Assembly (NCBI GenBank): GCA_963822965.1
Contig: CAWGJT010000010.1
Location: forward strand, 576,001 to 640,000
DNA length: 64,000 bases
Source of the DNA: an uncultured delta proteobacterium
GTDB lineage: Bacteria > Myxococcota_A > UBA9160 > UBA4427
Direction: 5' to 3'
The notes below the pieces were generated by a model. That model was not told the origin of the DNA and did not search any database. It saw only the letters and a program-made list of their open reading frames with translations. Numbering within the stretch: position 1 is the first letter of the stretch; every line of letters begins with the position of its first letter. A program made the position numbers and the translations under genes. This document shows positions 37,814-48,253 of this stretch, piece by piece.

Positions 37814-39441
37814 TCAGCCGGCGATGCGGTCTGCGAGCAGCCGTTCCAGCCGGCGCTTGTCGATCTTGCCGCTGTCGGTGAAGGGCAGGGCACCGTCCTC
37901 GTCGATGAAGAGATGGCGCGGCACCTTGTAGGCCGCGATCTCCCCCTTGCAGCGCGCCCGCAGCTCGTCGGGGTCGGCGCGGGCCCCGGGCTCGAGCAGC
38001 ACGCTCGCTGCCACCGACTGGCCCCGCTCGGGGTCGGGCACACCCACCACGTAGGCGGCCTTCACCTCGGGAAATCCCGTCAGCAGCGCCTCGACCTCGC
38101 TGGGGGTGACGTTGGCGCCGCCGGTCTTGATCATGTCGCCGAGGCGCGCCCCGGAAGTAGAGGACGCCGCGCTCGTCGAAGAGGCCGGCGTCGCCCGTGT
38201 GGTAGAAGCCGTCGGGCAGAAAGACCTGCTCGCGCTCCGCCTTGTACAGGCCCTGCATCAGGCTGTACCCGCGCACGCAGATCTCTCCCTCCGCACCCGG
38301 CGGCAGCACGGCTCCGGTCTCGGGATCGATCACGCGATGCTCGACGCCCGCGACCGGGGTGTCCGAAGGAGCCGCGCAGGTCGTCGGGCAGGACGCCGTC
38401 CCGGCCGCTCGTGTGGGGCCCGCAGGTCTCCGTCATGCCCAGGGCGTTGCTGCGCCGCTGGGGATCCTTCGGCGCGACCTCCTCGGGCAGGATGTCGGGC
38501 AGGTTGCCCGCGCGCAGCGAGGAGAGGTCGCGGTCCTTGCGGGTGGGGTGGTCGGCGAGCGCCTTGCCGAAGTGCGGCCAGCCGGCGGCGATCGTCACCC
38601 GCTCGCGCTCGAGGAAGCGCAGGGTGCGCTCGGGATCGAAGACGGCCTCGGCCACCATCGTGGCCCCCCGGTGCATGCCGCCGAGGAAGGAGAAGACGAA
38701 GCCGCCCACCCAGAAGAAGGGCATGGGCGACCAGATCGCGTCGTCCTCGTGCACGTCGCGGTGCGAGACGAGGTTGTAGGAGTGGCGCAGCACGCTGCCG
38801 TGGGTGTGCACGGCGCCCTTCGGGTCGGCGGTGCTGCCCGAGCTGTAGAGGACGATCATCGCGTCGGCGGGCGTGACCGCGTCCTCGACGGCTCGCAGGA
38901 AGTCGTCGTCCAGGCCCGGGTCGTCGCCCGCGCTCTCGATCCACTCGGGACCCGACGACGCCCACGGGCGGTCGCACGCGCCCCATACGGCGACCCGTCG
39001 CAGGTACGGCAGCTCGGGGAGTCGCAGCGGCCCACCCGCGGCCTGCCGCAGGCCGGGCGCCACCGTCTCGAGGCGCTCGAGGTAGTCGTGTCCCAGGAAG
39101 TGCGAGACCGTGAGCAGCGTGTCGACGTCCGCGTGACGCAGGATCCAGCCGAGCTCGCGGGCCTGGAAGAACGTGTTGAGGGGCACCGCGATCGCCCCGA
39201 TGCGGGTGGTCGCGAGCCACGCCGTCACCCAGTCCGGGCCGTTCGGCATCAGGATGCCGACCCGCGTGCCCTTGCCGGCGCCCCGGGCGAGCAACGTCCG
39301 GGCCAGCCGCGCGGACCGCCGATCGGCGTCGGCGTACGACAGGCGGTCCGCTTCGAGGGCGATCAGGGTCTTCGAGCCGTGCCGCGCCGCCAGCGTCCGC
39401 ACGAACACGGGAACGGTCGGGGTGAAGTCGGGGAAGGGCAT
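37814..39441 (-). CDS. Acyl-CoA synthetase (AMP-binding), split by two frameshifts near 38355 and 38148
   Basis: YSSGSTADPKG and GMTET, then in a second frame IDPETG..GEICVRG..YHTGD, then in a third frame DMIKTGGANV..EVE..IAAYKVP. Each junction is fixed by removing one base. Confidence 0.88.
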
Positions 39442-39628
39442 CGGGCTCCGGGTTTGTCACTCGTCGTCGTCGATCGGCGCGACTCCGCCGTCGGAACACG
39501 ATGCCACAGGAATCGGAGCCCGCGAAAGCGGCCGGACGGGGCGCATGGCCCGTCCAACGACCGCTGGCTAACGTGGAGTGCGGTGCCCCGTCCGTGAACC
39601 CCTTTCCGGTCACCAGGGAGCAAGCCGA

Positions 39629-40774
39629 TTGGAGTTCGACTGGTCGCCCGAGGACGCCCGCCACCGGGAGGAGATCCGCGCCTTCCTGCGCGAGACGCTG
39701 CCCGCGGACTGGGACGAGATCTCCAAGCACGGTCCCGGGAGCGACGCCCAGGCCGCCTTCTCGAAGGGGTTCTGCGCCGCCATGGCCGATCGCGGCTGGC
39801 TCACCCAGCACTGGCCGGCGGCGTACGGGGGACGCGACGCGCCGCCCTGGCGCCACGCGATCGTGGGCGAGGAGATGTGGGCCATCGGGGAGCCCCGGGG
39901 CGCCCAGTACATGAACGTGAACTGGATCGGCCCGGCCATCATGCGGTTCGGGAGCGAGGAGCAGAAGGCCATCCACCTGCCGCGCATCTCCCGCGGCGAC
40001 GTGCTCTGGTGCCAGGGCTTCTCGGAGCCGGAAGCGGGCTCGGACCTCGCCGCGCTCCGCACCCTGGCGATCCGCACGGACGACGCCTACGTGGTGAACG
40101 GCACGAAGATCTGGACCTCCTACGTGGAGAACGCGGAGTTCATCTTCCTGCTGGTCCGCACCGATCCCCAGTCGAGCCGCCACAAGGGCGTCTCGGTGCT
40201 CCTGTGTCCGGTCGACACGCCGGGCATCGAGGTGCGCGAGATTCCTTCGGTGGTGGGCGCCCGCTACTTCCACGAGGTGTTCTTCACGAACGCGAGCGTG
40301 CCCGCTTCGTGCCTGCTCGGGCCGGAAGGCGAGGGCTGGACCGTGGTGGAGTATGCGCTGCAGTACGAGCGCGTCGGTGCCGCGCGCTACGCCCGCGCCG
40401 CGCGGACCCTCGATCGCCTGGCGGAGATCGCGCGGGAGCGCGGGCGGCTCGCCGACGCGCGGGTGGCCGAGCGGCTCGCCGAGGCGAGGGCGGTGTGCGA
40501 GGCCGCGCGCGTGCTCACCTACCGGGTGATCGACGGGCGCGCCAAGGGGCGCCCGCCCACGGCGGACACGCAGATCGCGCGGGTGGCAGGCACCCGCGCG
40601 GACGCCGCCGTGGCGGAGCTGGCCCTGGAGATCCTGGGCGAGGAGGCTCTCGAGTACGGCTCCTTTGCCGACGCGAACTTCCGGCTGGCGATGACGGCGG
40701 GCGTGGCCGTGGGCGCCACCGAGGTACAGCTCAACCTGATCGCGAGCCGCTTCCTCGGCCTGCCCCGCGACTGA
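39629..40774 (+). CDS. Acyl-CoA dehydrogenase, large (alpha-type) subunit
   Basis: WCQGFSEPEAGSDLA, NGTKIWTS, FxEVFF, GEGW, LQYER. TTG start after AGGGAG. Confidence 0.93.
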   Translation: MEFDWSPEDARHREEIRAFLRETLPADWDEISKHGPGSDAQAAFSKGFCAAMADRGWLTQHWPAAYGGRDAPPWRHAIVGEEMWAIGEPRGAQYMNVNWIGPAIMRFGSEEQKAIHLPRISRGDVLWCQGFSEPEAGSDLAALRTLAIRTDDAYVVNGTKIWTSYVENAEFIFLLVRTDPQSSRHKGVSVLLCPVDTPGIEVREIPSVVGARYFHEVFFTNASVPASCLLGPEGEGWTVVEYALQYERVGAARYARAARTLDRLAEIARERGRLADARVAERLAEARAVCEAARVLTYRVIDGRAKGRPPTADTQIARVAGTRADAAVAELALEILGEEALEYGSFADANFRLAMTAGVAVGATEVQLNLIASRFLGLPRD

Positions 40775-40792
40775 GCCCGGAGGCTTCGAGCC

Positions 40793-41737
40793 ATGGACTT
40801 CGAGCCCAACGAGGACCAGCAAGCGATCGCCGAGGCGGTGGCCGGCCTGCTGGAGCAGCACGCCGGTCCGGCCCGCGCCATCGAGCTCGGCGCCAAGGAC
40901 GCCTACGACGACGCGCTCGAGGCGGCGCTGCGGGCCGGGGGGTTCCTCGACGTGGCCGACGCCGAGGGGGCGGGGCCGCTGGAGGCAGCGCTCGTCTGCG
41001 AGGCGGTGGCCGAGGCGGCGGGTGTGGTGGCGTTCGGGGCGTCGGCCCTGGTCGCGCGCGCCGTGGCGCCGGGCGCGCCCGGTCCCGTGGCCCTGGCCCT
41101 CGCAAAGCCCTCGGGCCCCGTGCGCTTCGCGAGCCACGCGGGCTCGCTGCTCGTGCTCGATCCCGGAGTGGAAGAAGCGCGGCTCGTCGTCCTCGAGCCG
41201 GGGGCCTGCGCGCCCGTGCGCTCGAGCTTCGGCTACCCGATGGGGCGCCCTCCGGCGGATCTCTCGACCCGGGGCGAGGCGCTGGGCCCGGGCTCGGGGG
41301 CGCGGCTCGAACGCTGGTGGCGGCTCGCGCTCGCCCTGGAGGCCACCGGAACCATGGCCGCCGCGCTCGACGTGACGGTCGCGTATCTCAAGCAGCGGCG
41401 GCAGTTCGGCCGGGCGATCGGCTCGTTCCAGGCCGTGCAGCACCGCCTGGCGGACTGCGCGATCGCCGTGGAGGCGAGCCGCTGGCTGGCGCGCGAGGCC
41501 GCCTTCCTCGACGCGCCGGCGGAGGCCGTGGCGACGGCGGCCAGCCACGCGCTCGAGGCCGCGGGACGGGTGTTCTGGGAGACCCACCAGCTCTCCGGCG
41601 CCATCGGCTTCACCCGGGAGCACGATCTCCACGTCTTCAGCATGCGGCTGCGGGCCCTTCGCATCGAGCTCGGCGGGCTCGGCGGTCATCGCCTGGCGCT
41701 GGCGCGCGCACGCTGGGGCGCGGAGCCGCGCCCGTGA
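40793..41737 (+). CDS. Short acyl-CoA dehydrogenase (beta-type subunit)
   Basis: MDFxxxEDQ, RRQFGRAIGSFQAVQHRLAD, HQLSGAIGFTREHDLH. Lacks the SEPxAGSD FAD motif. Confidence 0.9.
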   Translation: MDFEPNEDQQAIAEAVAGLLEQHAGPARAIELGAKDAYDDALEAALRAGGFLDVADAEGAGPLEAALVCEAVAEAAGVVAFGASALVARAVAPGAPGPVALALAKPSGPVRFASHAGSLLVLDPGVEEARLVVLEPGACAPVRSSFGYPMGRPPADLSTRGEALGPGSGARLERWWRLALALEATGTMAAALDVTVAYLKQRRQFGRAIGSFQAVQHRLADCAIAVEASRWLAREAAFLDAPAEAVATAASHALEAAGRVFWETHQLSGAIGFTREHDLHVFSMRLRALRIELGGLGGHRLALARARWGAEPRP

Positions 41738-42702
41738 GCCTCGACCTCGCGTTCGACGACGGCCAGCAGGCCATCGCAGACGCGGTAGCAGGCTTCTGCG
41801 CCGATCGCTGCGACGACGACGTGGTGAAGGGGGCGACGGGCAGCCTGCCGCGAGCCCTGTGGCGCGATCTCGCGGCACTGGGCGTGCTGGGGGTGGCGAC
41901 GCCCGAGGGCGGGGGCGGGGCGCTGGAGGTGGTGGCGGCCGTGGAGTCCCTGGGTCGCGCGGTCTTTCCCGGTCCCGTGGCGGCCACCTTCCTCGCGACC
42001 TGGGTGCTCGACGAGCCCCTGCGCGGACGCGTGGCCGCCGGCGAAGCGCTGGTGGCCGCGGGCGCGACGCCGCTGCTGCCGTGGGCGCCCGAAGCGGAGG
42101 TCTTCCTCGAGATCGACGGCGAGCGGGTCTTCCGCGGCACGCCGAAGGCGAGGCCGACGAGCGAGGCCACCCTCGGCGGCGAGCCCTGGGGTCGCGTGGA
42201 GCTGTTGCGGCGCGAGGCGCTGCCCCGAGGCCCGGCCGGTCTCGTCCTCCACCGGCTGGTGCAGGCCGCCCAGCTCGCCGCCCTGGGCGCGCGGCTCGTC
42301 GAAGACGCCAGCCGTCACGCGGCGGTACGGAAGCAGTTCGGTCGCCCGATCGGCGACTTCCAGGCGGTGGCGCACCCGCTCGCAGACGCCTCGATGCGCC
42401 TCGAGGCCGCCGCCACCCTGGCGCGCGCCGCGGCCTTCCACTTCGACGCCGGTCCGCCGCGGGATGCCCGCCGCTTCTCGCTGGCCGCCCACGCTTCGGC
42501 CTGCGAGGCAGCCCTGGCTGCCGCGTACGTGTGTCACCAGGTGTTCGGGGCCGTGGGCATCACGCTCGAGGGCCCCGTCTTCCACGTGTCCCGCCGCATC
42601 CGGCAGCTGGCGTCCCAGGCGCCCGGTCCGGCCGTGTCCCGGGCGATGCTGCTCGCGGACGCGGGCTTCGGCGCGCGTCCGGCCGCAGGAGCCCGTCCAT
42701 GA
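41734..42702 (+). CDS. Short acyl-CoA dehydrogenase (beta-type subunit)
   Basis: DLAFDDGQQAI, RKQFGRPIGDFQAVAHPLAD, HQVFGAVGITLE. GTGA overlap. Confidence 0.9.
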   Translation: MSLDLAFDDGQQAIADAVAGFCADRCDDDVVKGATGSLPRALWRDLAALGVLGVATPEGGGGALEVVAAVESLGRAVFPGPVAATFLATWVLDEPLRGRVAAGEALVAAGATPLLPWAPEAEVFLEIDGERVFRGTPKARPTSEATLGGEPWGRVELLRREALPRGPAGLVLHRLVQAAQLAALGARLVEDASRHAAVRKQFGRPIGDFQAVAHPLADASMRLEAAATLARAAAFHFDAGPPRDARRFSLAAHASACEAALAAAYVCHQVFGAVGITLEGPVFHVSRRIRQLASQAPGPAVSRAMLLADAGFGARPAAGARP

Positions 42703-43550
42703 GCGAGTCGCACCCCATCGATCTCGACGGCCCGCTCGAGGGCCTGCGCTACCTGCGTCGCAACCACGTCGCGACCATCACCCTCGACCGCCCGCAACGC
42801 GGCAACTCCCTCACCCCGCGCATGCAGCCCGTCTTCCGGGAGATCTGGCGCGAGGTACGAGACGATCCGTGGATCCGCGTGGCCGTGATCCGGGCCAGCG
42901 GCGAACGGCACTTCTGCACGGGCTTCGACGTGGCCGAGGCCGAGGGCGACGACGCCGGCGAGGTGTTCGCCAACCGCCCGCTCGCCGACGCGGTCCACTG
43001 GTCGCCGTATCAGAACCGCGTCTGGAAGCCCGTGATCTGCGAGGTGAACGGGCTGTGCGTCGGTGGGGGGCACCACTTCGTCGTGGACGCGGACCTGGTC
43101 ATCGCCTCGCGCAACGCTGCCTTCACCGACACCCACGTGAACGTGGGCATGGTCGGCGCCCTGGAGAACGTGGGGCTCGCCAAGCGTCTGCCCCTCGGCA
43201 CGGCCCTGCGCATGACCCTGCTGGGCCGGGCGTATCGCCTGGGCGCCGAGCGCGCCTGGCAGCTCGGGCTCGTGGACGAGCTGGTGGACACCCCCGCCGA
43301 TCTCGCGCCGTGCACCGAGGCGATGGTGCAGGCCCTCCTGGCGGGCTCGCCCCAGGCCCAGGCGCTCTCGAAGCAGGCGGTATGGGGATCCGCCGAGCGC
43401 GGCTACTCGCAGGCGCTCGAGCAGGCCTGGGCGCTGCTGCGCATCCACTGGGGACACCCGGACTTTCGCGAGGGACCGCGGGCCTTCGGTGCGGGTCGCG
43501 CGCCCGTCTGGAATCCCGACCCGAACGCCCGCGTCGAGGACGAGGAGTGA
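42699..43550 (+). CDS. Enoyl-CoA hydratase/isomerase (crotonase) family protein
   Basis: ATITLDRPxRGNSL, FCTGFDV, KPVICxVNGLCVGGG, DFREGPRAF. Confidence 0.93.
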   Translation: MSESHPIDLDGPLEGLRYLRRNHVATITLDRPQRGNSLTPRMQPVFREIWREVRDDPWIRVAVIRASGERHFCTGFDVAEAEGDDAGEVFANRPLADAVHWSPYQNRVWKPVICEVNGLCVGGGHHFVVDADLVIASRNAAFTDTHVNVGMVGALENVGLAKRLPLGTALRMTLLGRAYRLGAERAWQLGLVDELVDTPADLAPCTEAMVQALLAGSPQAQALSKQAVWGSAERGYSQALEQAWALLRIHWGHPDFREGPRAFGAGRAPVWNPDPNARVEDEE

Positions 43551-44668
43551 ACTTCGCGTTCTCCCCGGAAGAGGAGGCGTTCCGCGCCGAGGTGCGGAGC
43601 TTCCTCGCCGACTACCGCGACCTCGACGGCTTCTTCCGGCAGGGCCACGTCTGGCAGCAGGTGAAGGCGCTCTTCCAGGCCATGGGTGCGCGGGGCTGGC
43701 TGTCGCTCACCTGGCCCGAGGCGCGGGGCGGCCTCGGCCTCGGGCCCGTGCACGAGTTCCTGCTGTGGGACGAGGTCGCCCACGCCCGGGCCGCCCGGAA
43801 TCCCCTCTCCGCCGGGATCGTGGCGCGCACGCTCCTCCGTCACGGCAGCGACGAGCAGCAGCAGCGCTGGCTGCCCCCCATCCGCTCGGGCGACCTGCAC
43901 TTCTCGCTCGCCTACTCCGAGCCCGAGGCGGGCTCGGACCTCGCGAGCCTGCGCACGCGCGCCGAGCGCCGGGCCGACCGCTACGTGGTGACGGGGCAGA
44001 AGATCTGGCAGTCGTACGCCCAGGACATGGACTGCCTGTGGCTGCTGTGCCGCACGGGACCGCCCGAGAGCCGCGGGCGCGGGCTCTCGCTGCTCATCGT
44101 CGACAAGGCGTCGCCGGGGGTCACCGTGTCTCCGCATCCCACGCTCGATGGCGAGCAGCTGAACGAGGTGCACTTCGACGGCGTGGAGGTGCCCGTCGAG
44201 AACCGCGTGGGTCCCGAGGACGGTGCCTGGGCGATCATGGCGGAGGCCCTGGCGGACGAGCGCCACATCCAGTTTCCGCCGGGCCGCGTGCGCCGCGACC
44301 TCGAGGAGATGGCCGCCTGGCTGCGGGAGCAGGGGCTCGACGCCGACCCCGTGGTGGCCGCGCGGATGGGGGAGCTCGCCGTGCGCGCCCTGGAGGTGGA
44401 GATGCACGGCCTGCGCGTGCTCGACGCCATGTGCAAGGGGCGCCCGGCGGTGGCGGAGGCGGCGGCCAACAAGGTGGCGAACACGGTCGTGTGTCAGGAG
44501 ATCGCCCGAGCGGTGGTGGACCTGGGCGGCCCCGAGGCGCTCGTGGCCGGGGCGCGCCCGGCGCTCCTCTGGTGCCAGAGCATGTGGGAGACGATCGGGG
44601 GCGGTACCTCCGAGGTGATGCGTGGGGTGGTCGCACGGCAGCGACTCGGCCTGGGCGGGCGTGCGTGA
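43547..44668 (+). CDS. Acyl-CoA dehydrogenase, large (alpha-type) subunit
   Basis: FSLAYSEPEAGSDLASL, GQKIWQS, NEVHFD, LADER, TIGGGTSEVMR. Confidence 0.93.
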   Translation: MNFAFSPEEEAFRAEVRSFLADYRDLDGFFRQGHVWQQVKALFQAMGARGWLSLTWPEARGGLGLGPVHEFLLWDEVAHARAARNPLSAGIVARTLLRHGSDEQQQRWLPPIRSGDLHFSLAYSEPEAGSDLASLRTRAERRADRYVVTGQKIWQSYAQDMDCLWLLCRTGPPESRGRGLSLLIVDKASPGVTVSPHPTLDGEQLNEVHFDGVEVPVENRVGPEDGAWAIMAEALADERHIQFPPGRVRRDLEEMAAWLREQGLDADPVVAARMGELAVRALEVEMHGLRVLDAMCKGRPAVAEAAANKVANTVVCQEIARAVVDLGGPEALVAGARPALLWCQSMWETIGGGTSEVMRGVVARQRLGLGGRA

Positions 44669-45918
44669 TGCGGGCCCTCGTCTTCGAGCAGAGCCTGCCG
44701 CGGCTCGCCCTCACGAAGCTGCTGGGCTTCGCGACGCCTCGGGCCTTCGTCGCGCGCACGTCGCCCCTGCGCCTGCGGGACATCGCCGAAGCGCCGCTTC
44801 CCGGCCCCGACTGGCTGCGGATCCGCACGCGGCTCTGCGGACTGTGCGGGAGCGACTACAAGCAGGTCTTCCTGAACGGCTCCACCGACAACCCGATGAC
44901 CGCGGTGATCTCGTTTCCGCAGGTGCTGGGGCACGAGGTGGTGGGCGTGGTGGACGAGGTGGGGCCCGCGGTGCGCGCGCACCGGCCCGGCGACCGGGTG
45001 GTGCTGAATCCCTGGCTCTCGTGCGGGCCGCGCGGCCTCGAGCCCTGTCGCTGGTGCGCCCAGGGCGACTACGCCCAGTGCGAAGGCTTCACCCGGGGAC
45101 GCCTCCGGCCCGGCATCCACACCGGCAACTCCCGGGATGCCACCGGCGGCTTCGCCGTCCGGGTCCCCGCGCACGAGTCCATGTGCATTCCGATTCCCGA
45201 CGGCGTGAGCGACGAGCAGGCGGTGCTGGCGGACCCCTTCTCGGTCTCGTTCCACGCGGTGCTCCACAACCCGCCGCCACCCGACGGCACGGTGCTGGTC
45301 TACGGGTGCGGAACCCTGGGCCTGCTCTCGATCCCGATCCTGCGCATCCTGTATCCGCGCCTGCAGGTGATGGCGGTGGCGCGCTTCCGTCACCAGGCGT
45401 TGCTCGCAGAGCGCATGGGCGCTCACGTGGTGCTGGCGCACCGGCCGACCCGCGCGCTCATCGAGCGGGTGGGTGCGGAGACCGGCGCCGACCTGCAGCA
45501 ACCGTGGCGGGGCCTGCCGATGCTGAACGGGGGCGTGGACGTGGTCTACGACTCGGTCGGCCTGCCCGAGACCCTGGAGGTGGGGGTTCGCGTCACGCGA
45601 TCGCGCGGCACGATCGCCGTGACCGGCGTCGAGAAGCCGAAGCGCTTCGAGTGGACGCCGCTCTACTTCAAGGAGATCGCCCTGCGCGGCTCGAACGCGT
45701 TCGGCTGCGAGACCCTGGACGGCCGGCGCCAGCATGCGATGCAGTGGTACTTCGAGTGGATCCGGGAGCGGGGCTACGACGGGACGCCGATCCTCACCCA
45801 TCGGTTCACCCTGGACCGGTTCCGCGACGCGTTTCTCGCCTGTCACGACCAGGAGGCGAGCGGCGCCGTCAAGGTGCTGTTCGACTTCGCGGAGCCCCGG
45901 CCCCGCCCGGCGCGATGA
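44668..45918 (+). CDS. Zn-dependent alcohol dehydrogenase (MDR family)
   Basis: GLCGSD, LGHEVVG, a structural Cys cluster (C..C..C..C) and YGCGTLG. Confidence 0.9.
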   Translation: MRALVFEQSLPRLALTKLLGFATPRAFVARTSPLRLRDIAEAPLPGPDWLRIRTRLCGLCGSDYKQVFLNGSTDNPMTAVISFPQVLGHEVVGVVDEVGPAVRAHRPGDRVVLNPWLSCGPRGLEPCRWCAQGDYAQCEGFTRGRLRPGIHTGNSRDATGGFAVRVPAHESMCIPIPDGVSDEQAVLADPFSVSFHAVLHNPPPPDGTVLVYGCGTLGLLSIPILRILYPRLQVMAVARFRHQALLAERMGAHVVLAHRPTRALIERVGAETGADLQQPWRGLPMLNGGVDVVYDSVGLPETLEVGVRVTRSRGTIAVTGVEKPKRFEWTPLYFKEIALRGSNAFGCETLDGRRQHAMQWYFEWIRERGYDGTPILTHRFTLDRFRDAFLACHDQEASGAVKVLFDFAEPRPRPAR

Positions 45919-46892
45919 ACGGCCGGCTGGGCATCACGATTCCGCTGCCGGGCGTCTCCCTGGCCGCACACCGCGACTGGCTGCGGGAGATCGTCGATCT
46001 CGGCTACACGGACGCCTGGACCATGGAGACCGCGGGTCTCGACGCCTTCACGCCCCTGGCCCTGGCGGCCGCGTGGGCGCCGGAGCTTCGTCTCGGCACT
46101 GCCATCGCGGGGGTGTTCACGCGCGGTCCCGCGCTGCTGGCCCAGACCGCGGCGGCGCTGTGCGACGCCGCGCCCGGACGCTTCGTGCTCGGCATCGGCT
46201 GCTCGTCCGAGGCGATGGTCCGCGGCTGGAACGGCATCCCCTTCGAGGCGCCCTTCGCGCGGGTGCGCGACACCCTGCGCTTCCTGCGCCGGGCGCTCGC
46301 GGGCAAACGCATCGACGAGGCCTTCGAGAGCTTCGCGATCCGGGGCTTCCAGCTCGAGCGCGCGCCCGAGGTCGCTCCGCCCATCCACGTGGCGGCGCTG
46401 CGCCGGGACATGCTGCGCCTCGCGGGCCGGGAGGCGGACGGCGCGCTGCTCGGGCTGTGCGCCGCCGCGGACGTTCCCCAGATCGCGGCGACGGTGGCCG
46501 GCACCGCCGGCGGTGCCGCGCGCGAGCTGGTGATGCGGATCGGGGTCGTGCCCACCCCCGATACCGCGTTCGCCCGGGACCTCTGCCGTCGCCGGATCGC
46601 CGCGTACCTGAACGTCCCCGCCTACCGGGGGATGCACGAGTGGCTGGGGCGTGGCCCGGAGCTGGCGCCGCTCTTCGCCGCCTGGGAGCGAGGCGATCGC
46701 CGGGCGGCCCTCGCCGCGATCCCGGACGAGCTGGTGGACGCGCTCTTCGTGCACGGCGAGCCGGCCGCGTGTCGCGATCGGCTCGAGTCGTTCCGGGAAG
46801 CGGGCGTCACCACCCCCGTGGTCTCGATCCTGCCCTTCGGTGGCGACGTCGCCGCCCTGCGCGGGGCCGTGCGCGAGCTCGCGCCCCGGTGA
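45915..46892 (+). CDS. LLM-class (luciferase-like, probably F420-dependent) oxidoreductase
   Basis: LGYTDAWxxE, DAFTPLA, LRLGTAI..RGPA, GRFVLGIG, PPIxVAALxxxML. Confidence 0.88.
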   Translation: MNGRLGITIPLPGVSLAAHRDWLREIVDLGYTDAWTMETAGLDAFTPLALAAAWAPELRLGTAIAGVFTRGPALLAQTAAALCDAAPGRFVLGIGCSSEAMVRGWNGIPFEAPFARVRDTLRFLRRALAGKRIDEAFESFAIRGFQLERAPEVAPPIHVAALRRDMLRLAGREADGALLGLCAAADVPQIAATVAGTAGGAARELVMRIGVVPTPDTAFARDLCRRRIAAYLNVPAYRGMHEWLGRGPELAPLFAAWERGDRRAALAAIPDELVDALFVHGEPAACRDRLESFREAGVTTPVVSILPFGGDVAALRGAVRELAPR

Positions 46893-47566
46893 CGGGTCGC
46901 GTGGCGTGCTCCCGGCGCGGCGACGTGCTGGTCGCGCAGCTGGGCCGGGGACCGGACGACGAGAACCGCCTGGACCGGGAGCTCCTCGACGGCCTCGATG
47001 CGGCGCTCGACGCCGTCGCCGAGACGCAGGCTGCGGCCTTCGTGACCGTGGGGTCGGCGCGCTTCTACTCGAACGGATACGACCTCGACTGGCTCGCGAC
47101 CCTCGAACGCGCCGGGCGTCGCGACTTCATCCGCGATACCCAGCGGCTGCTGGCACGCCTGCTGGTGCTGGGCGTCCCGACGGTGGCGGCGCTGTCCGGC
47201 CACGCCTTCGGTGCGGGGGCGCTGCTCGCCCTGGCCCACGACCACCGCATCGCCTGCGCGGAGCACGGCTTCTTCTGCCTGCCGGAGATCGACGCGAAGA
47301 TTCCCCTGCGGCACGGCATGACCGCCCTCGTGCAGGCCCGGCTGTCGCCGCGGGCCGCCCGGGACGCGGTCCTGACCGGTCACCGGTACCCGGCCGACGA
47401 GGCCGTAGCGGCGGGCATCGCGGATGCCGTGGTCGGGCGCGACGGTCTGCTGGACGCCGCTTGCGCGCGGGCGGAGCGGGAGGCGGGCCCGCCGCCGGAC
47501 ACGCTGTCCGCCCGGAAGCGCGACCGCTACGGGGACGTAGAGCTGCTGCTCGTGGGCGCCTCGTGA
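46889..47566 (+). CDS. Enoyl-CoA delta-isomerase-like crotonase
   Basis: ENRLD, FYSNGYDL, PTVAAxxGHAFGAG, FCLPE. Confidence 0.88.
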   Translation: MTGRVACSRRGDVLVAQLGRGPDDENRLDRELLDGLDAALDAVAETQAAAFVTVGSARFYSNGYDLDWLATLERAGRRDFIRDTQRLLARLLVLGVPTVAALSGHAFGAGALLALAHDHRIACAEHGFFCLPEIDAKIPLRHGMTALVQARLSPRAARDAVLTGHRYPADEAVAAGIADAVVGRDGLLDAACARAEREAGPPPDTLSARKRDRYGDVELLLVGAS

Positions 47567-47634
47567 AGACCGTCCCGACGTGACACGCGAAGGGGGATGG
47601 AGGGCGGGTCGACTCGATCGCGGCGGACCGCGCT

Positions 47635-48120
47635 TCAAGCCGGTTGGCCGGGCAGGGCGTTCGGATCGCCGGGTCGTTCCATCAGCTCGATCCGCAGGCC
47701 GTCCGGATCGGTGACGAAGACGGCGGTCGTCCGGAAGCGGGGGCTCTCGGTGCGCGAGGTGGAGAGCACACTGCCGCCCTGACGGGTCACGGCTTCCAGG
47801 CAGGCGTCGAGGGCGGCCACCCGGAACGACAGGTGCGTGAGTCCCAGACGGTTCACGGGATGGGGCCCCGGAGCACCGACCTCGCCGGGCGTCTCGAAGT
47901 GGATCAGCTCGATGCGGGTGCCGTCGCGCTCGAGGTAGACGGCGTTCAGGGCGACGTCGTCCAGGGCCAGCAGCTTCTCGCTCTCGGGCCCGGAGATCGA
48001 GAGCCGCGCGCACTCGCGAAACCCCAACGCCTCGCGGTAGAAGGCGGCCGAGCGCTCGAGGTCCGAGACGCAGATCCCGATGTGGGACAGACGCAGGACG
48101 GGATCCCTCGACGGCTCCAT
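47635..48120 (-). CDS. VOC (glyoxalase/methylmalonyl-CoA epimerase-like) family protein
   Basis: SHIGICVSDLERSxxFY, RIELI, GLTHLSFRV, DPDGxRIEL. Confidence 0.92.
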   Translation of the reverse strand: MEPSRDPVLRLSHIGICVSDLERSAAFYREALGFRECARLSISGPESEKLLALDDVALNAVYLERDGTRIELIHFETPGEVGAPGPHPVNRLGLTHLSFRVAALDACLEAVTRQGGSVLSTSRTESPRFRTTAVFVTDPDGLRIELMERPGDPNALPGQPA

Positions 48121-48253
48121 GGGCCCGCACGCTAGCACCCCCCGGCTGCTTGCGCGGCGGCACCCGTGCGGGGAGAATCCCCGTCATGCGCAGGGCGGCG
48201 GCCATCGTGGGGATCGGTGGCGGCGCGTGCAGGCGCGGTAGGCGACCGCTCGT

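Noticed and set aside
36830..38360. Programmed ribosomal frameshifting in murA and the CoA ligase
   Set aside because: There are no slippery heptamers, these families are not known to use recoding, and the clustering points to sequencing error.
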